Shown: positions 9,896 through 20,204 of the stretch, piece by piece | Position numbering within the stretch: the stretch's first letter is position 1 | Layout of the letters: each line of letters opens with the position of its first letter | Source of the DNA: an uncultured Clostridia bacterium | GTDB taxonomy: Bacteria; Bacillota; Clostridia; TANB77; CAG-508 | Direction of reading: 5' to 3' | Assembly: GCA_963931085.1 (NCBI GenBank) | Contig: OZ006973.1 | Coordinates: 1,414,009 to 1,478,008 of the forward strand | DNA length: 64,000 nt | Program-made: the position numbers and the translations under genes | The notes under the pieces: generated by a model | The model's input: only the letters and a program-made list of their open reading frames with translations | The model's database searches: none | What the model was told of the DNA's origin: nothing

Positions 9896-11254
9896 TTATA
9901 AATACGCACTGAATAAGAAAGATCCCATATAAACTTGAATACATGGTACTAGTACTACAACTACAAAGAATACAAGTACTACACCAACTATTGAATAACT
10001 TATTTCTGGTAAAACTTTCATTATCTTTTGTAATATATTATCTATATCCATTTCAACATATTCAAGTAACTTATCAAGCATTGCACCTAAGTCTGTTTGC
10101 ATACCAACTTTAAGCATTTCAGTTGTCATTCTATTTCCAAATCCCGCTTCTTCAAAAGGAGTAACCCATGATTGTCCAATCATAATATTATTTATAGATG
10201 ATTCAACTATTGACATCATAACATTATTTCTAATAACATTTTTTGAAACTTCTAAAGCTTGCTGAATTCTCATACCATTTTTTATATTTAATGTTACAGC
10301 TTTCATAACTCTAGAAAAATCTAAAGCATAGATTAATGGTCCAAAAATAGGCATTGTATATTTAAAATAATGATACTTATATTTTCCAACTGGTGTATGT
10401 ACATATACTACTATTGCAACAATTACTGCGAGTATTATTCCTGCTGGAACATACCACCATATTAATGCCTTATCTAGAAAGTTTGAAAACCACATAGTAG
10501 GAGCAGGTAATTTTTCTTGAGATCCAACTGCATCAAACACTTCTTGAATAGAAGGTATTGCATAAAGAGTACCTATTATTAATAGTAAAATCATTCCTAC
10601 AAATTGTATTAAATTAGGAATTATAATTTTTTTAACTTTTCTTATCAAGGCATCATTACTATCTAAATATGCTAAGGCTTGTTCTAATGATTTAACAAGT
10701 GACCCTGAAAGCTCTCCAACTTTAATCATATTTGTATAAATTACTGGAAATACATTTTCATAGTATTCCATAGTAGTATACATATAATCTCCGCCTTCAA
10801 CACCTGATAATATATCTTCCAAAACTCCTCTTAAACTAGGATTTTCTGTAGATTGAATTACAGTCTGAAGTGCATGTATATTATTAAAATCAGCTTTTTT
10901 CAAAAGCAAAAAACTTTGAGTAAAAACCATAACATCTCTTTTAGTAATTTTTTGTGTACTTAAATATTTTGATTTAAAAGATTGATATGTAGAAACTTTC
11001 TCTTTTTTATTTCTATTATTATACAAAAGATCAATCTGTGCTGGTGACATATCTTTTAGCACAGCTTCAGCATCTTTATGATTTCTAGCTTTATATTTAT
11101 CTTTTGTACCAAAGTTTACTGCTTGCTGAATATCAATTGGGACTAAATCATTTTTCTTAAGTTTTTTTACTAATTCAGCTTTTGTCATTCCTGAAATAGT
11201 ATTTTTTACAACTCGTCCGTTTTTAGTCATAGCCTTATATTGATAAGTTGGCAT
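9896..11254 (-). CDS. pilC: Type IV pilus platform protein PilC (GspF family)
   Basis: 452 aa with two T2SS-F-like repeats and three TM segments. Adjacent to pilB and pilT. Confidence 0.85.
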   Translation of the reverse strand: MPTYQYKAMTKNGRVVKNTISGMTKAELVKKLKKNDLVPIDIQQAVNFGTKDKYKARNHKDAEAVLKDMSPAQIDLLYNNRNKKEKVSTYQSFKSKYLSTQKITKRDVMVFTQSFLLLKKADFNNIHALQTVIQSTENPSLRGVLEDILSGVEGGDYMYTTMEYYENVFPVIYTNMIKVGELSGSLVKSLEQALAYLDSNDALIRKVKKIIIPNLIQFVGMILLLIIGTLYAIPSIQEVFDAVGSQEKLPAPTMWFSNFLDKALIWWYVPAGIILAVIVAIVVYVHTPVGKYKYHYFKYTMPIFGPLIYALDFSRVMKAVTLNIKNGMRIQQALEVSKNVIRNNVMMSIVESSINNIMIGQSWVTPFEEAGFGNRMTTEMLKVGMQTDLGAMLDKLLEYVEMDIDNILQKIMKVLPEISYSIVGVVLVFFVVVVLVPCIQVYMGSFLFSAYL

Positions 11255-11340
11255 TTTTATACCTCCTACTTACATTAGTTAACTTTTCTTTATTCTATCA
11301 TATAAAAAATATTTTTTGTATATCAATATTATCCTTTTTA

Positions 11341-12450
11341 TTATCCTTTGTGCATTTTTAAATTTGATATCGTTCTTTCTAATGCTGTATAATTTTTCTC
11401 TTCTATTTGTTCCTTTGCTTGATCAATCGTTATTCTTCCTTTTATTACTAAACTTGCTAAAGAATTTAATAAACTAATACTTCCCTTTTCAAGACTTCCT
11501 TGTACAGCATCTTCTAATTCTGAAATACTAAATTTTTCTTTTCTTAAACATCCTGCAACAATATTATCAACAACCATTACTTCTGGAACCATTACTAAGT
11601 CATTTCCATCTGCAGACTTTATTAATCTTTGTGAAACAACTATTTTTAGTAATGCTGCCATTAAATATTTAATTTGTGCTTGGTCTGAAAAATCATAGAA
11701 ATTTATAATTCTATCTATTGTCTCTGCACAAGATTTTGTATGTAGAGTTCCTATTACTAAATGTCCTGATTCTGCCATATCTATAGCAGCTTCCATTGTA
11801 AACCTGTCACGAATCTCTCCTATTACTAGAATATCACAGTCTTCTCTTAGAGCATTTCTAACACCATCTACGAAAGTTAGAGAGTCTGCTCCTTCACCAA
11901 CCTCTTTTTGTATAATGATTGATTTTTTAGATTTATGTTTGTATTCAACCGGAGCTTCTAAAGTTAATATTTTTTTATTTTGTTTTTCATTTATATTATT
12001 AATTAAAGCATTAAGAGTCGTTGATTTACCTGAATTAGTTTTACCTGTAACTAATATTACTCCTTGAGGTTGATATGTCATTTGTCTTACAACATCAGGA
12101 ATTCCTAATTCTTCAAAAGCAGGTAAAGTATTTTTAATAATTCTCAAAGTAAATAAAGGAATTCCATCCATATTAGATATATTAACCCTCATTCTTATTC
12201 CTTTATAAATTAAAGATGTATCTAATCTTCTATCATCTTTAAACTTCTCATCTAGAATAACATTTCCTTTTACTATATAATCATAAACAGTATATATATC
12301 TTCTTCTGTAACTACATTTTCTTTTGATGGAACTAAAGATTTTTTTATCCTTAGAACTGGCTTTAACCCACATATAATATGTATGTCTGATGCGTCATTT
12401 GCTATTCCTTCGTCTAATACTTTTTCAAAATCTATCATTTTAACCTCCAT
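11341..12450 (-). CDS. pilT: Twitching-motility retraction ATPase PilT
   Basis: Walker A GKTNSGKSTTLNALI. PilT/GspE-family signature: acidic Asp box then His box (TLHTKS). Confidence 0.85.
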   Translation of the reverse strand: MEVKMIDFEKVLDEGIANDASDIHIICGLKPVLRIKKSLVPSKENVVTEEDIYTVYDYIVKGNVILDEKFKDDRRLDTSLIYKGIRMRVNISNMDGIPLFTLRIIKNTLPAFEELGIPDVVRQMTYQPQGVILVTGKTNSGKSTTLNALINNINEKQNKKILTLEAPVEYKHKSKKSIIIQKEVGEGADSLTFVDGVRNALREDCDILVIGEIRDRFTMEAAIDMAESGHLVIGTLHTKSCAETIDRIINFYDFSDQAQIKYLMAALLKIVVSQRLIKSADGNDLVMVPEVMVVDNIVAGCLRKEKFSISELEDAVQGSLEKGSISLLNSLASLVIKGRITIDQAKEQIEEKNYTALERTISNLKMHKG

Positions 12451-12457
12451 ATTATTA

Positions 12458-14089
12458 CTATTTGTTGAATAATACTACTTTTTTATCTAATTCTTCTAAT
12501 GTTGTTCTTCCATCTAATACCTTATATAATCCATCTATTTCAAAAGGTAAATATCCATCCTTTAAAGCTTGCGTTCTAATTTCATAAGTAGATGCACCAT
12601 TAACAACTAGTTCTTTTATATGATCTGTCATACTTAAAATCTCTATAATAGCAATTCTTCCTAGATAACCTGTGTTATTACATTCTTTACATCCTACAGT
12701 TTGATATGTATATTTTCCTCTAAAATCAAATTTAATTCCATAAGGAGCTGCAAGTTTATTCATAGCTTCTTTTTCTTCTTCTGTAAACTGTCTTTTTTTA
12801 GCACAGTGAGGACATACCCTTCTTACTAATCTTTGTGAAACACATGTTGCGACTGTACTTGATATATCATAATCAGAAATTCCAAGTTTTCTTAATCTAG
12901 TAATAACTTCTACAGCATTTATTGTATGAATTGTAGATAATACATAGTGTCCAGTTTGACCTGCTTGCATTGCAATTTCAGCTGTCTCTAAATCTCTTAT
13001 TTCTCCTACTAATATAATATTAGGGTCTTGTCTTAAAACTGTTCTAAGAGAACTTGCAAAAGTTGCTTTAGGTCCTACTTCAACTTGATTTAATCCTTCT
13101 ATTCTAATTTCAACTGGATCTTCTATTGTAATAATATTAACATCTGGAGTATTTAAAGTATTTATAATACTGTATAAAGTAGTTGTTTTTCCTTCTCCAG
13201 TTGGAGCAGCTACAATTGTAATAGAATTTCTTTTATCAAAATGTTTTTTTACAAAATTTTCTTCTCTAGGAAAACCAAGTTCATATATATCTCTTATCTT
13301 TGCCTCTTTTTTTAGTAAACGTAAAACAAACTTTTCTCCATATATAGTAAGCTGTGAAGAAACACGAATATTGTAATCAGGATAAAGTAATATTCTACCA
13401 TCTTGATCTTCTTGTTTTTCCTGATACATATTAGAAATTGCTTTCAATCTTCCTATTATTTGAGATTGCTTTTCCTTTTCTATTTTTGCAACAACTATTA
13501 AATTACCATCAATTCTATATCTTACCCTAATTATATTCTCCATTGGTTCTATATGAATATCTGATGCATTTTTTTCCATTGCTGTTTTTATAATAGTATC
13601 TATTAATTTAACAACATCTTGTCCTACTGTTGTTAGATTATCAGTTGAAGTTCCTTCTAATGATTTTAAAGTATTCTCTAAATTAGAATCAAAAGTTAAA
13701 TATCTTTCCATTTGATATCCATTATGTAATAACAATAATCTAACTTGCTCTACCGCTTTTTTATTTGTTAAATCAGAAAAACAAACTTTTACCTTACCAT
13801 TATATTCCTCAAATGGTACAGCTTTGCTTCTTTTACAAACATCTAAAGATAAATAATCTGTTGGTTGTATTCTTAATACATTATTGTTTAATAATACAAC
13901 CTTTTCATTTAATATTTCTCCTAATGCCTTTAATAGTTCATTCTCATCACATAAATTTAAAAAATGAATTATATCTACTAACTTTTTATTAGGATGATTT
14001 TTTTGATGTCTTATTGCTTCTTTTACATCAGCCTCTGTTACTATATTTCTTTTTACAAGTTCTATTCCTATTGGCACATTTCTTGCCAT
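12458..14089 (-). CDS. pilB: Type IV pilus assembly ATPase PilB (GspE family)
   Basis: Walker A AAPTGEGKTTTLYS. Tetracysteine motif CPHC...CKECNNTGYLGR. N1/N2 domains present. Confidence 0.9.
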   Translation of the reverse strand: MARNVPIGIELVKRNIVTEADVKEAIRHQKNHPNKKLVDIIHFLNLCDENELLKALGEILNEKVVLLNNNVLRIQPTDYLSLDVCKRSKAVPFEEYNGKVKVCFSDLTNKKAVEQVRLLLLHNGYQMERYLTFDSNLENTLKSLEGTSTDNLTTVGQDVVKLIDTIIKTAMEKNASDIHIEPMENIIRVRYRIDGNLIVVAKIEKEKQSQIIGRLKAISNMYQEKQEDQDGRILLYPDYNIRVSSQLTIYGEKFVLRLLKKEAKIRDIYELGFPREENFVKKHFDKRNSITIVAAPTGEGKTTTLYSIINTLNTPDVNIITIEDPVEIRIEGLNQVEVGPKATFASSLRTVLRQDPNIILVGEIRDLETAEIAMQAGQTGHYVLSTIHTINAVEVITRLRKLGISDYDISSTVATCVSQRLVRRVCPHCAKKRQFTEEEKEAMNKLAAPYGIKFDFRGKYTYQTVGCKECNNTGYLGRIAIIEILSMTDHIKELVVNGASTYEIRTQALKDGYLPFEIDGLYKVLDGRTTLEELDKKVVLFNK

Positions 14090-14115
14090 AGTAATCCCTC
14101 TCTTTCGTATATTTC

Positions 14116-15075
14116 TTATTCTTCTTCTGTATAAATATTGTTATCATTCAAGTGATCAACAAGTAATTTATATAAATCACTATTACTTATACTTTCCCAT
14201 TTACCTGTTTGTCCATCTTCAAAATATTTTGTATCAAATTCTTTAGTTCTCTCTACTGTATATCCACTTACAAATTTACTTCCATCTTCTCTTGTTGCAT
14301 ATACTGGAACAATTGGATAATTTGTTTCTTTATACAAAAATGCTAATTTTCCTTTTGGAGTAATTGCAAATCTTGGTATCCATGCTTGAACATTTTCTGC
14401 ATCTACTTCTTTTGCATCTAATGTTGTGGCATAACATAAAAAACTATCAAAATATGAATAATTAGCCCAGTTCTCATCACTTTTTGATACGACTTTAAAT
14501 TTTTTATCTATTCCGGAAAGATTAATATTATTTAATGTATTTACATATTCTTTTCCATCTTTAGAAATAACTACTGGTTTTAAATAATCATACATATATA
14601 TATCATCTTCTAGTTTTACATTTTCCCTTTGTTTTGTAAGCCTAATTTCTGTTGCATCTGCATTTTCAAAATCGCCTTTCAAATCATATTTAACTTGAAT
14701 AACAATTTCTTTTACTATATCAAAATCAGCTTTAAACTCATCATATTTTAGCTTGTTTACTGAAATATTAATTTTATAAATATCTGGATTCAAGTCAGTA
14801 ATTCCAAAATTTTCTGCAACTTCCTCATTTATATTACTTCTAGTTTTATAAAAAAAATCATCATCATATTCTAAAGAATCTAATTGCTCTGCTATTTTAG
14901 TTGCAACATCATGGGCTCTTGCATTCATTCTCATTTCATATGATAAAGATCTTATATTGCTATATACTGTAAGTAAAAAAGTTAAAGACATAGCAAGTAT
15001 GAATAAAGCTATAACTAAATCTTGTCCTGTTACACCATTTTCACTTTTTAGTTTTTTAATCATATTACTTATCAT
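14116..15075 (-). CDS. Minor pilin / pseudopilin-like protein with a prepilin-type N-terminus
   Basis: N-terminus KSENG|VTGQDLVIALFILAMSLTFLL: a Gly cleavage site, acidic +5 and a hydrophobic helix. Position between pilD and pilB. Confidence 0.5.
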   Translation of the reverse strand: MISNMIKKLKSENGVTGQDLVIALFILAMSLTFLLTVYSNIRSLSYEMRMNARAHDVATKIAEQLDSLEYDDDFFYKTRSNINEEVAENFGITDLNPDIYKINISVNKLKYDEFKADFDIVKEIVIQVKYDLKGDFENADATEIRLTKQRENVKLEDDIYMYDYLKPVVISKDGKEYVNTLNNINLSGIDKKFKVVSKSDENWANYSYFDSFLCYATTLDAKEVDAENVQAWIPRFAITPKGKLAFLYKETNYPIVPVYATREDGSKFVSGYTVERTKEFDTKYFEDGQTGKWESISNSDLYKLLVDHLNDNNIYTEEE

Positions 15076-15086
15076 ATCTTTCCCTC

Positions 15087-15896
15087 TTACAATACTAAAA
15101 TCTTAAACACTTGTATACATACAACAATTAAATTTGATATTGCCAAATAAAAAGCAATTGGAATTTCTCCTTTTTCATTTTCTTCTTCAGATAATATATT
15201 ACTCTTATCTATTGGCTTTAATTTTATACTAGCAATTTTCATAACAGTAATTAATATCATAATCAATACAGTCATAAAAACTTCATTTGTAGTAATAAAT
15301 AATTGCATATATTCTATAATCATTACTAAATCAATTATATAATTGTCACATTTAATATTATTTATAAAGTATAATATTAAAATTGATGCAATATATATAA
15401 TATATCTATACATATTAGCAAATTCTAACTGACCTACTATGCATAGATATAACATATATCCAAGACATAGTAATGTTCCCAAAAGAATAACTGGTCTAAA
15501 AACTATTTTTTTCTCTCTGTCTATTCCTGCTATTATCATAATAGTTGTTGCATAAATGATTAAATATAAAAAATTAAATAAAACATCTATTGTAACTTCC
15601 ATTACTGGAATTTGTAATTTTAAATATAATAAAACAGCAATAAAACCAGATAATACTTCAATTATAAAATATCTTGGTCTTATTTTTTCTTTACAATATC
15701 TACATTTTCCACCTAAAAACACATAGCTTAATATTGGGATAAGATCAAAAAATCCAAGTTTGTGACCACAATTAGGACAAAAAGATCTTTCTTTTATTAT
15801 ATCTTTTTTTAAAGGTAATCTATAAACAGCAAGAGTCGCAAAACTGCCAAATAAAGTACCAATTATAAATATTAAAAGTAAAAATATTAATTCCAT
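15087..15896 (-). CDS. pilD: Prepilin peptidase PilD (A24 family)
   Basis: CPNCGHKLGFFDLIPILSYVFLGGKCRYCKEKIRPRY zinc-binding motif and polytopic membrane topology. Confidence 0.85.
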   Translation of the reverse strand: MELIFLLLIFIIGTLFGSFATLAVYRLPLKKDIIKERSFCPNCGHKLGFFDLIPILSYVFLGGKCRYCKEKIRPRYFIIEVLSGFIAVLLYLKLQIPVMEVTIDVLFNFLYLIIYATTIMIIAGIDREKKIVFRPVILLGTLLCLGYMLYLCIVGQLEFANMYRYIIYIASILILYFINNIKCDNYIIDLVMIIEYMQLFITTNEVFMTVLIMILITVMKIASIKLKPIDKSNILSEEENEKGEIPIAFYLAISNLIVVCIQVFKILVL

Positions 15897-16008
15897 TAGT
15901 TTATAGATCCTTTCCTTTCTTCTGCCTTTAATTTATTTTTCTTCATTTTTAAAAAAAGAGCATATGTTTTAAGCACTACATATGCTCTCTTTTTAATAAT
16001 ATATTTTA

Positions 16009-16449
16009 TTAATCTGCATTTTCTACTGTAACTGCTTGTCCTACAACATCATATGTTGCTGAATATGATTTCTCATCAACTTTAACTTTAAATTTAACAT
16101 TATTTGTTGTAGCTTCTACTGTTGCTTCACCTTCTACAGTATATGAACCAGGTAATGCTTTTCTGAATTCTGAATCAGTTGTATTAATAGCATCTTTTAC
16201 ATTGTTTGCTATATTAACACCTGTTAAATCTCCTCCTTCAGCAGTAAATTGAGATATTTGTGTAGTAATAGCTAAAGTAAGTTGCTCTTCGATATCTCCT
16301 TTGTTTGTGCTTTCTTTTGCTTGATTTGCTTGATTTAATATACCATTAGGTCCTAGTACCATTGAAATAGATACAGCAGCTAAAATTAACAATACAATAA
16401 TTGTAATTACAAGTGCTACTAATGTTATACCTTTTTGATTTCTCATCAT
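16009..16449 (-). CDS. pilA: Type IV pilin (major pilin candidate), atypical Ala at +5
   Basis: MMRNQKG|ITLVALVITIIVLLILAAV class III signal followed by a hydrophobic alpha1 helix. 146 aa. GGAGG RBS. Confidence 0.7.
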   Translation of the reverse strand: MMRNQKGITLVALVITIIVLLILAAVSISMVLGPNGILNQANQAKESTNKGDIEEQLTLAITTQISQFTAEGGDLTGVNIANNVKDAINTTDSEFRKALPGSYTVEGEATVEATTNNVKFKVKVDEKSYSATYDVVGQAVTVENAD

Positions 16450-16505
16450 TGTAAAATCCTCCTTTAAATTTTCTTGTGTATATATTTTTAAAAAATATAA
16501 CCTAA

Positions 16506-17078
16506 TTATTTTGTTGTACCTGTATCAAAAAAAGGTTTATCATCATCTTCCTTTTCATTGTCTTTGTCATCTTTATCCTCTTTTTGATTTGTACTTGATG
16601 TATCTTTATTATCATTTTTATTACTATTATTTGTAGTAGAAGAACTATTAGAACTTCCGCTATTATAATCTTTATCTGATAAACTACCGCTTGTAGAAGT
16701 AGTACTTGAACTTGAACTTGAAGTAGAACTTGAAGATGTACTTCCAGTATTTACAGTATTTACTCCATCATATGTATTTGATTCAATATCTGAAAATGGA
16801 TGTTTTTTACCTCTGTCAATTATTCCTTCTGCTATGTAATCAGATACATCATCAGAATCTAAACTATACATGCTTTTTGATAAAGATACTATTATTTGAT
16901 TTGATTGTATTGCATCATCTTCTAAAGCATTTGAAACTTCATCATCTCTTGAATATTCTATTGTCTCATTTTCTCCAGTATTAATATTTAAATAATCATA
17001 AAATACTAATATTAGAATTATTACCATAGCAACTGCAATTAGTGCCATGCATATTACTTCTTTTATAATAGATTTCAT
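16506..17078 (-). CDS. Membrane-anchored protein with a Ser/Thr-rich acidic tail, in the pilus operon (function unknown)
   Basis: 190 aa with an N-terminal TM helix and a low-complexity S/T/N/D/K tail. Lies between the pilO-like gene and the pilin gene. Confidence 0.4.
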   Translation of the reverse strand: MKSIIKEVICMALIAVAMVIILILVFYDYLNINTGENETIEYSRDDEVSNALEDDAIQSNQIIVSLSKSMYSLDSDDVSDYIAEGIIDRGKKHPFSDIESNTYDGVNTVNTGSTSSSSTSSSSSSTTSTSGSLSDKDYNSGSSNSSSTTNNSNKNDNKDTSSTNQKEDKDDKDNEKEDDDKPFFDTGTTK

Positions 17079-17088
17079 AATCTTTACC

Positions 17089-17886
17089 CTACCTTATTTC
17101 ATTATTTTCTGTAGAATTTGTTTCTTCACTTGAAGTCTCATTTGTTGTTGTATTATTTCCTTCAGATTCTGTAGTATTTGAATTTTCTTCATCAGTATTG
17201 CCTTCTTCAGAATCTCCAGATAATAAGCCTTGAGCTTCTGGACTATCTTCTACTTGATTATTTATAAGTTCTAGTGTTTCTCTAGATAATGGGACATCTC
17301 TTACTACAAAAGTTGCTACTACATAATTTGCTTTTTCTAATTCTTCTTCTGCATCTTTAGGTTCATATGGAACTAATTTAAATTTACTAATTGAAAATTC
17401 AAGACCTTCATCATCTTCACAATCTTCAACAAAATCACTTATTGGTCTATACTCACCTTCTACTGTAAAATTCAAATCAGCATATATATAATCTTCATTA
17501 TCTGATGGTGTTGAACTTGTTGTACAAACTAATCCAAGCTCAACATTTTCTCTTACAGCATATGTTCCAAGTATTGTCCATAGATATTCTAAATCGTAAT
17601 AATCGCCAAGTGCAGCTTGTTCTTGTGCTTCACTTGAAGCATATTTACTTACTTGTTCATATTGTTCTTTTGCTGTTGTAAAACTTGCAAGTGCTATTCT
17701 TAAATTATCTTTTGCACTTGTATAATTTTCTTTTTCTGATTCTACTATTGCTACTTTTCCATCATACTCATCTTTTTGTTCTCTAAGAGCTGTCATGCTA
17801 TTAATTCCTGAAAAGCCATATGAATATAAGTAGAAACTAAATATGCAAGCAACTAATATTAATAATCCAATTATTATTTTTCTCAT
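17089..17886 (-). CDS. PilO-like pilus assembly protein
   Basis: N-terminal TM anchor, a coiled-coil segment, then a globular domain. Immediately downstream of the fused pilMN. Confidence 0.5.
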   Translation of the reverse strand: MRKIIIGLLILVACIFSFYLYSYGFSGINSMTALREQKDEYDGKVAIVESEKENYTSAKDNLRIALASFTTAKEQYEQVSKYASSEAQEQAALGDYYDLEYLWTILGTYAVRENVELGLVCTTSSTPSDNEDYIYADLNFTVEGEYRPISDFVEDCEDDEGLEFSISKFKLVPYEPKDAEEELEKANYVVATFVVRDVPLSRETLELINNQVEDSPEAQGLLSGDSEEGNTDEENSNTTESEGNNTTTNETSSEETNSTENNEIR

Positions 17887-17918
17887 CTTGCAAAACTCCT
17901 TATTTTTTATACTTTACT

Positions 17919-19508
17919 TTATTCTGGTAAATCTCCTTTTATAGTTACATATATTTCTTCGTTTTCTTTGTAACTTGTTGTTGAAGTTACATCTGTTAAA
18001 ATACCATCTGTATATAATATAACTTTAAATAAACCTAATTGTTCATAATCTTTAGATTTAGCTACTATAGACATTGTATTTCCAGAAACATTTTCAATAG
18101 ATACTAGTGTTACATCTTCTGGAACTGAATACATAACTTGTTGTAAGAATATTGGAATAGCATTTTTTACTATTACATCTTCATCTGATTCAGTATCATT
18201 TCCAACCATCTTATTATATCTATCAGTATAAATATCTGCTGCATTTTGCAACATTCCTATATCTTTAGAAACTTCTATTGTTTCTGTTTGTATTTTCTTT
18301 CTTTCATTTGATAAATTATCTGAAGCTTTTACTAAATTATTTGATACAGCAAATGATAGTATTGAATATCCTAATGCAAATATTAATACTGTACATAAAA
18401 CTCTTATTAGTAATTTTTCTTTAGAATCTAAGCTTCCTTTATTAAATTCTGGTAATTTTATTTCAGGAACACCTGTAATTTCTAATCCACCTATAGATTT
18501 GCTTCCACCACCATTTGATTTAAAATTAAGTTCTGGTATTCCTTCTCCTATTCCTTCTAAAGCAAGTGCTGTTGCTGAATTTGCTTCCATTAACTCTTTA
18601 ACTGATATTTTAAGTGATGATGTCTTTAAAAAGCTAGGTCTTAACATCTCACAATGAATATTCTCAAAATAATTTTGAAAATATAAATCAACATTATTTA
18701 TAGCAATTCCTGATCCTGTAAGATATATATAATCAATATTTTCAGGAATATTATCTCTTATTCTCTTTACTTCATTTACAATCTTGTAAAGTGTTGGCAT
18801 TATAACATCTAAATATTCATTTTCATCTGCCATCCCTGTATCTTGTGTAGAAATCGTAGTATTTTTACAAATTTCATAAGATTTAGAAAGTGAATTTTCG
18901 CTTGCATTTATTTCTGATAAAATTTGGTTCATGCCGTCATTCATCTTAATAATTTGATCTATTACACCATTTATAACTGTTGTTACTGTTGTAACATCTT
19001 CAATATTAACAACAATGACATTTGGTTTTGAATCTAAATCTAATAAATTTACAATACTTGTTGCAATAGGAGTAGATGAAGTAAGTCTAAGTTTTTCAAA
19101 AGGTCTTACTCTTTCTGCTAAAGCTACTTTCATTACAGAAACATTTAGAGCTTTCATTTTATCAGCATTGTTTCTATTTACAGACAAAATATATCTATGT
19201 TCAAATAAGTTTTTCTCATAACCTTTTTCATTGCAAAGCATTTCAAATTCAATATCAATAGATTTTTTGATATCATTCTTACTTAATAAAGAAAACACAT
19301 CTATATAATCATAATTTTCACCTGAAATATTAATTGCTATTGGTGATCTCTGGCTATTAGTTTCTTGTATTATTTGATTAAGCGAATTATCTAAGTTTTC
19401 ATAGAACTTAACACCAGATGACTCTATTTTTATGTTATCTTTTTCTTTGCTAATCTTTGAATATTTTATACTTAAATCGTCTATATAAATACCTAAACAG
19501 CTTTGCAT
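17919..19508 (-). CDS. pilMN: Fused PilM-PilN type IV pilus assembly protein
   Basis: 529 aa. N-terminal actin-like PilM region, a central TM helix (LIRVLCTVLIFALGYSILSFAV) and a PilN-like C-terminal part. Same fusion as in clostridial T4P loci. Confidence 0.7.
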   Translation of the reverse strand: MQSCLGIYIDDLSIKYSKISKEKDNIKIESSGVKFYENLDNSLNQIIQETNSQRSPIAINISGENYDYIDVFSLLSKNDIKKSIDIEFEMLCNEKGYEKNLFEHRYILSVNRNNADKMKALNVSVMKVALAERVRPFEKLRLTSSTPIATSIVNLLDLDSKPNVIVVNIEDVTTVTTVINGVIDQIIKMNDGMNQILSEINASENSLSKSYEICKNTTISTQDTGMADENEYLDVIMPTLYKIVNEVKRIRDNIPENIDYIYLTGSGIAINNVDLYFQNYFENIHCEMLRPSFLKTSSLKISVKELMEANSATALALEGIGEGIPELNFKSNGGGSKSIGGLEITGVPEIKLPEFNKGSLDSKEKLLIRVLCTVLIFALGYSILSFAVSNNLVKASDNLSNERKKIQTETIEVSKDIGMLQNAADIYTDRYNKMVGNDTESDEDVIVKNAIPIFLQQVMYSVPEDVTLVSIENVSGNTMSIVAKSKDYEQLGLFKVILYTDGILTDVTSTTSYKENEEIYVTIKGDLPE

Positions 19509-19674
19509 CAGCTTTCTCCTTTGCTAATTTCTTTTTATATTTTCTTCGACAAAATACCGCACAATATTGTCCTTTTATACTATTAAATTTACCTATACTA
19601 CTAATAAAAGTCAATATTTTTAACATAAGTGTTAATCAATTGTAATAGAGATGTAATAATGATTTTTTTAATAT

Positions 19675-19703
19675 GTATAATCTTTCTAAATGTGGAAATA
19701 CTA
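19675..19703 (+). promoter_or_regulatory. Forespore-type (sigmaF/sigmaG-like) promoter for the spoVA operon
   Basis: GTATA-N14-GGAAATACTA matches GYATA-N14/15-GGnnAnAHTR. An AAGGAGG RBS follows at 19720. Confidence 0.4.
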
Positions 19704-19731
19704 ACAAAAATTAAACTTTAAGGAGGATATA

Positions 19732-20179
19732 ATGGAACCTTTAGATACAAACAAAAGTTATCAAGATTTTACTAATAAAAAATCACCTAACTCTCCTATT
19801 TTAAAAAATTGTTTTAATGCATTTTTAATCGGAGGTTTAATTTGTACTATTGGCGAGATAATCTCTCAATATTGTACTTATAGGGGTATTTCCTTAGAAC
19901 TATCTGGAACTATAGTCTCAATATCATTGATTTTTCTAAGTGCCTTTTTAACAACTATAAACGTTTTTAATAAAATTGGAAAATTTGCAGGAGCAGGTTC
20001 TTTAGTTCCTATAACCCGGATTTGCAAACTCAATTATATCTCCTTCTATGGAATATAAATCTGAAGGATATATTATGGGTGTCGGATCAAAAATGTTTAC
20101 TATTGCAGGACCTGTTTTAGTATACGGAATATCTACATCTATAATTGTTGGGTTTTTATACTTTATATTATTTATTTAA
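19732..20179 (+). CDS. spoVAC: Stage V sporulation protein AC (SpoVAC). Needs a +1 shift at in-frame CGG 20017..20019
   Basis: NAFLIGGLICTIGEIISQ...GAGSLVPIT then CGG. Skipping the C gives GFANSIISPSMEYKSEGYIMGVGSKMFTIAGPVLVYGISTSIIVGFLYF, matching the SpoVAC C-terminus. The ORF track shows a truncated 108-aa ORF. Confidence 0.8.
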
Positions 20180-20204
20180 AATTTATTTAGGAGGCTCTAT
20201 TTAA

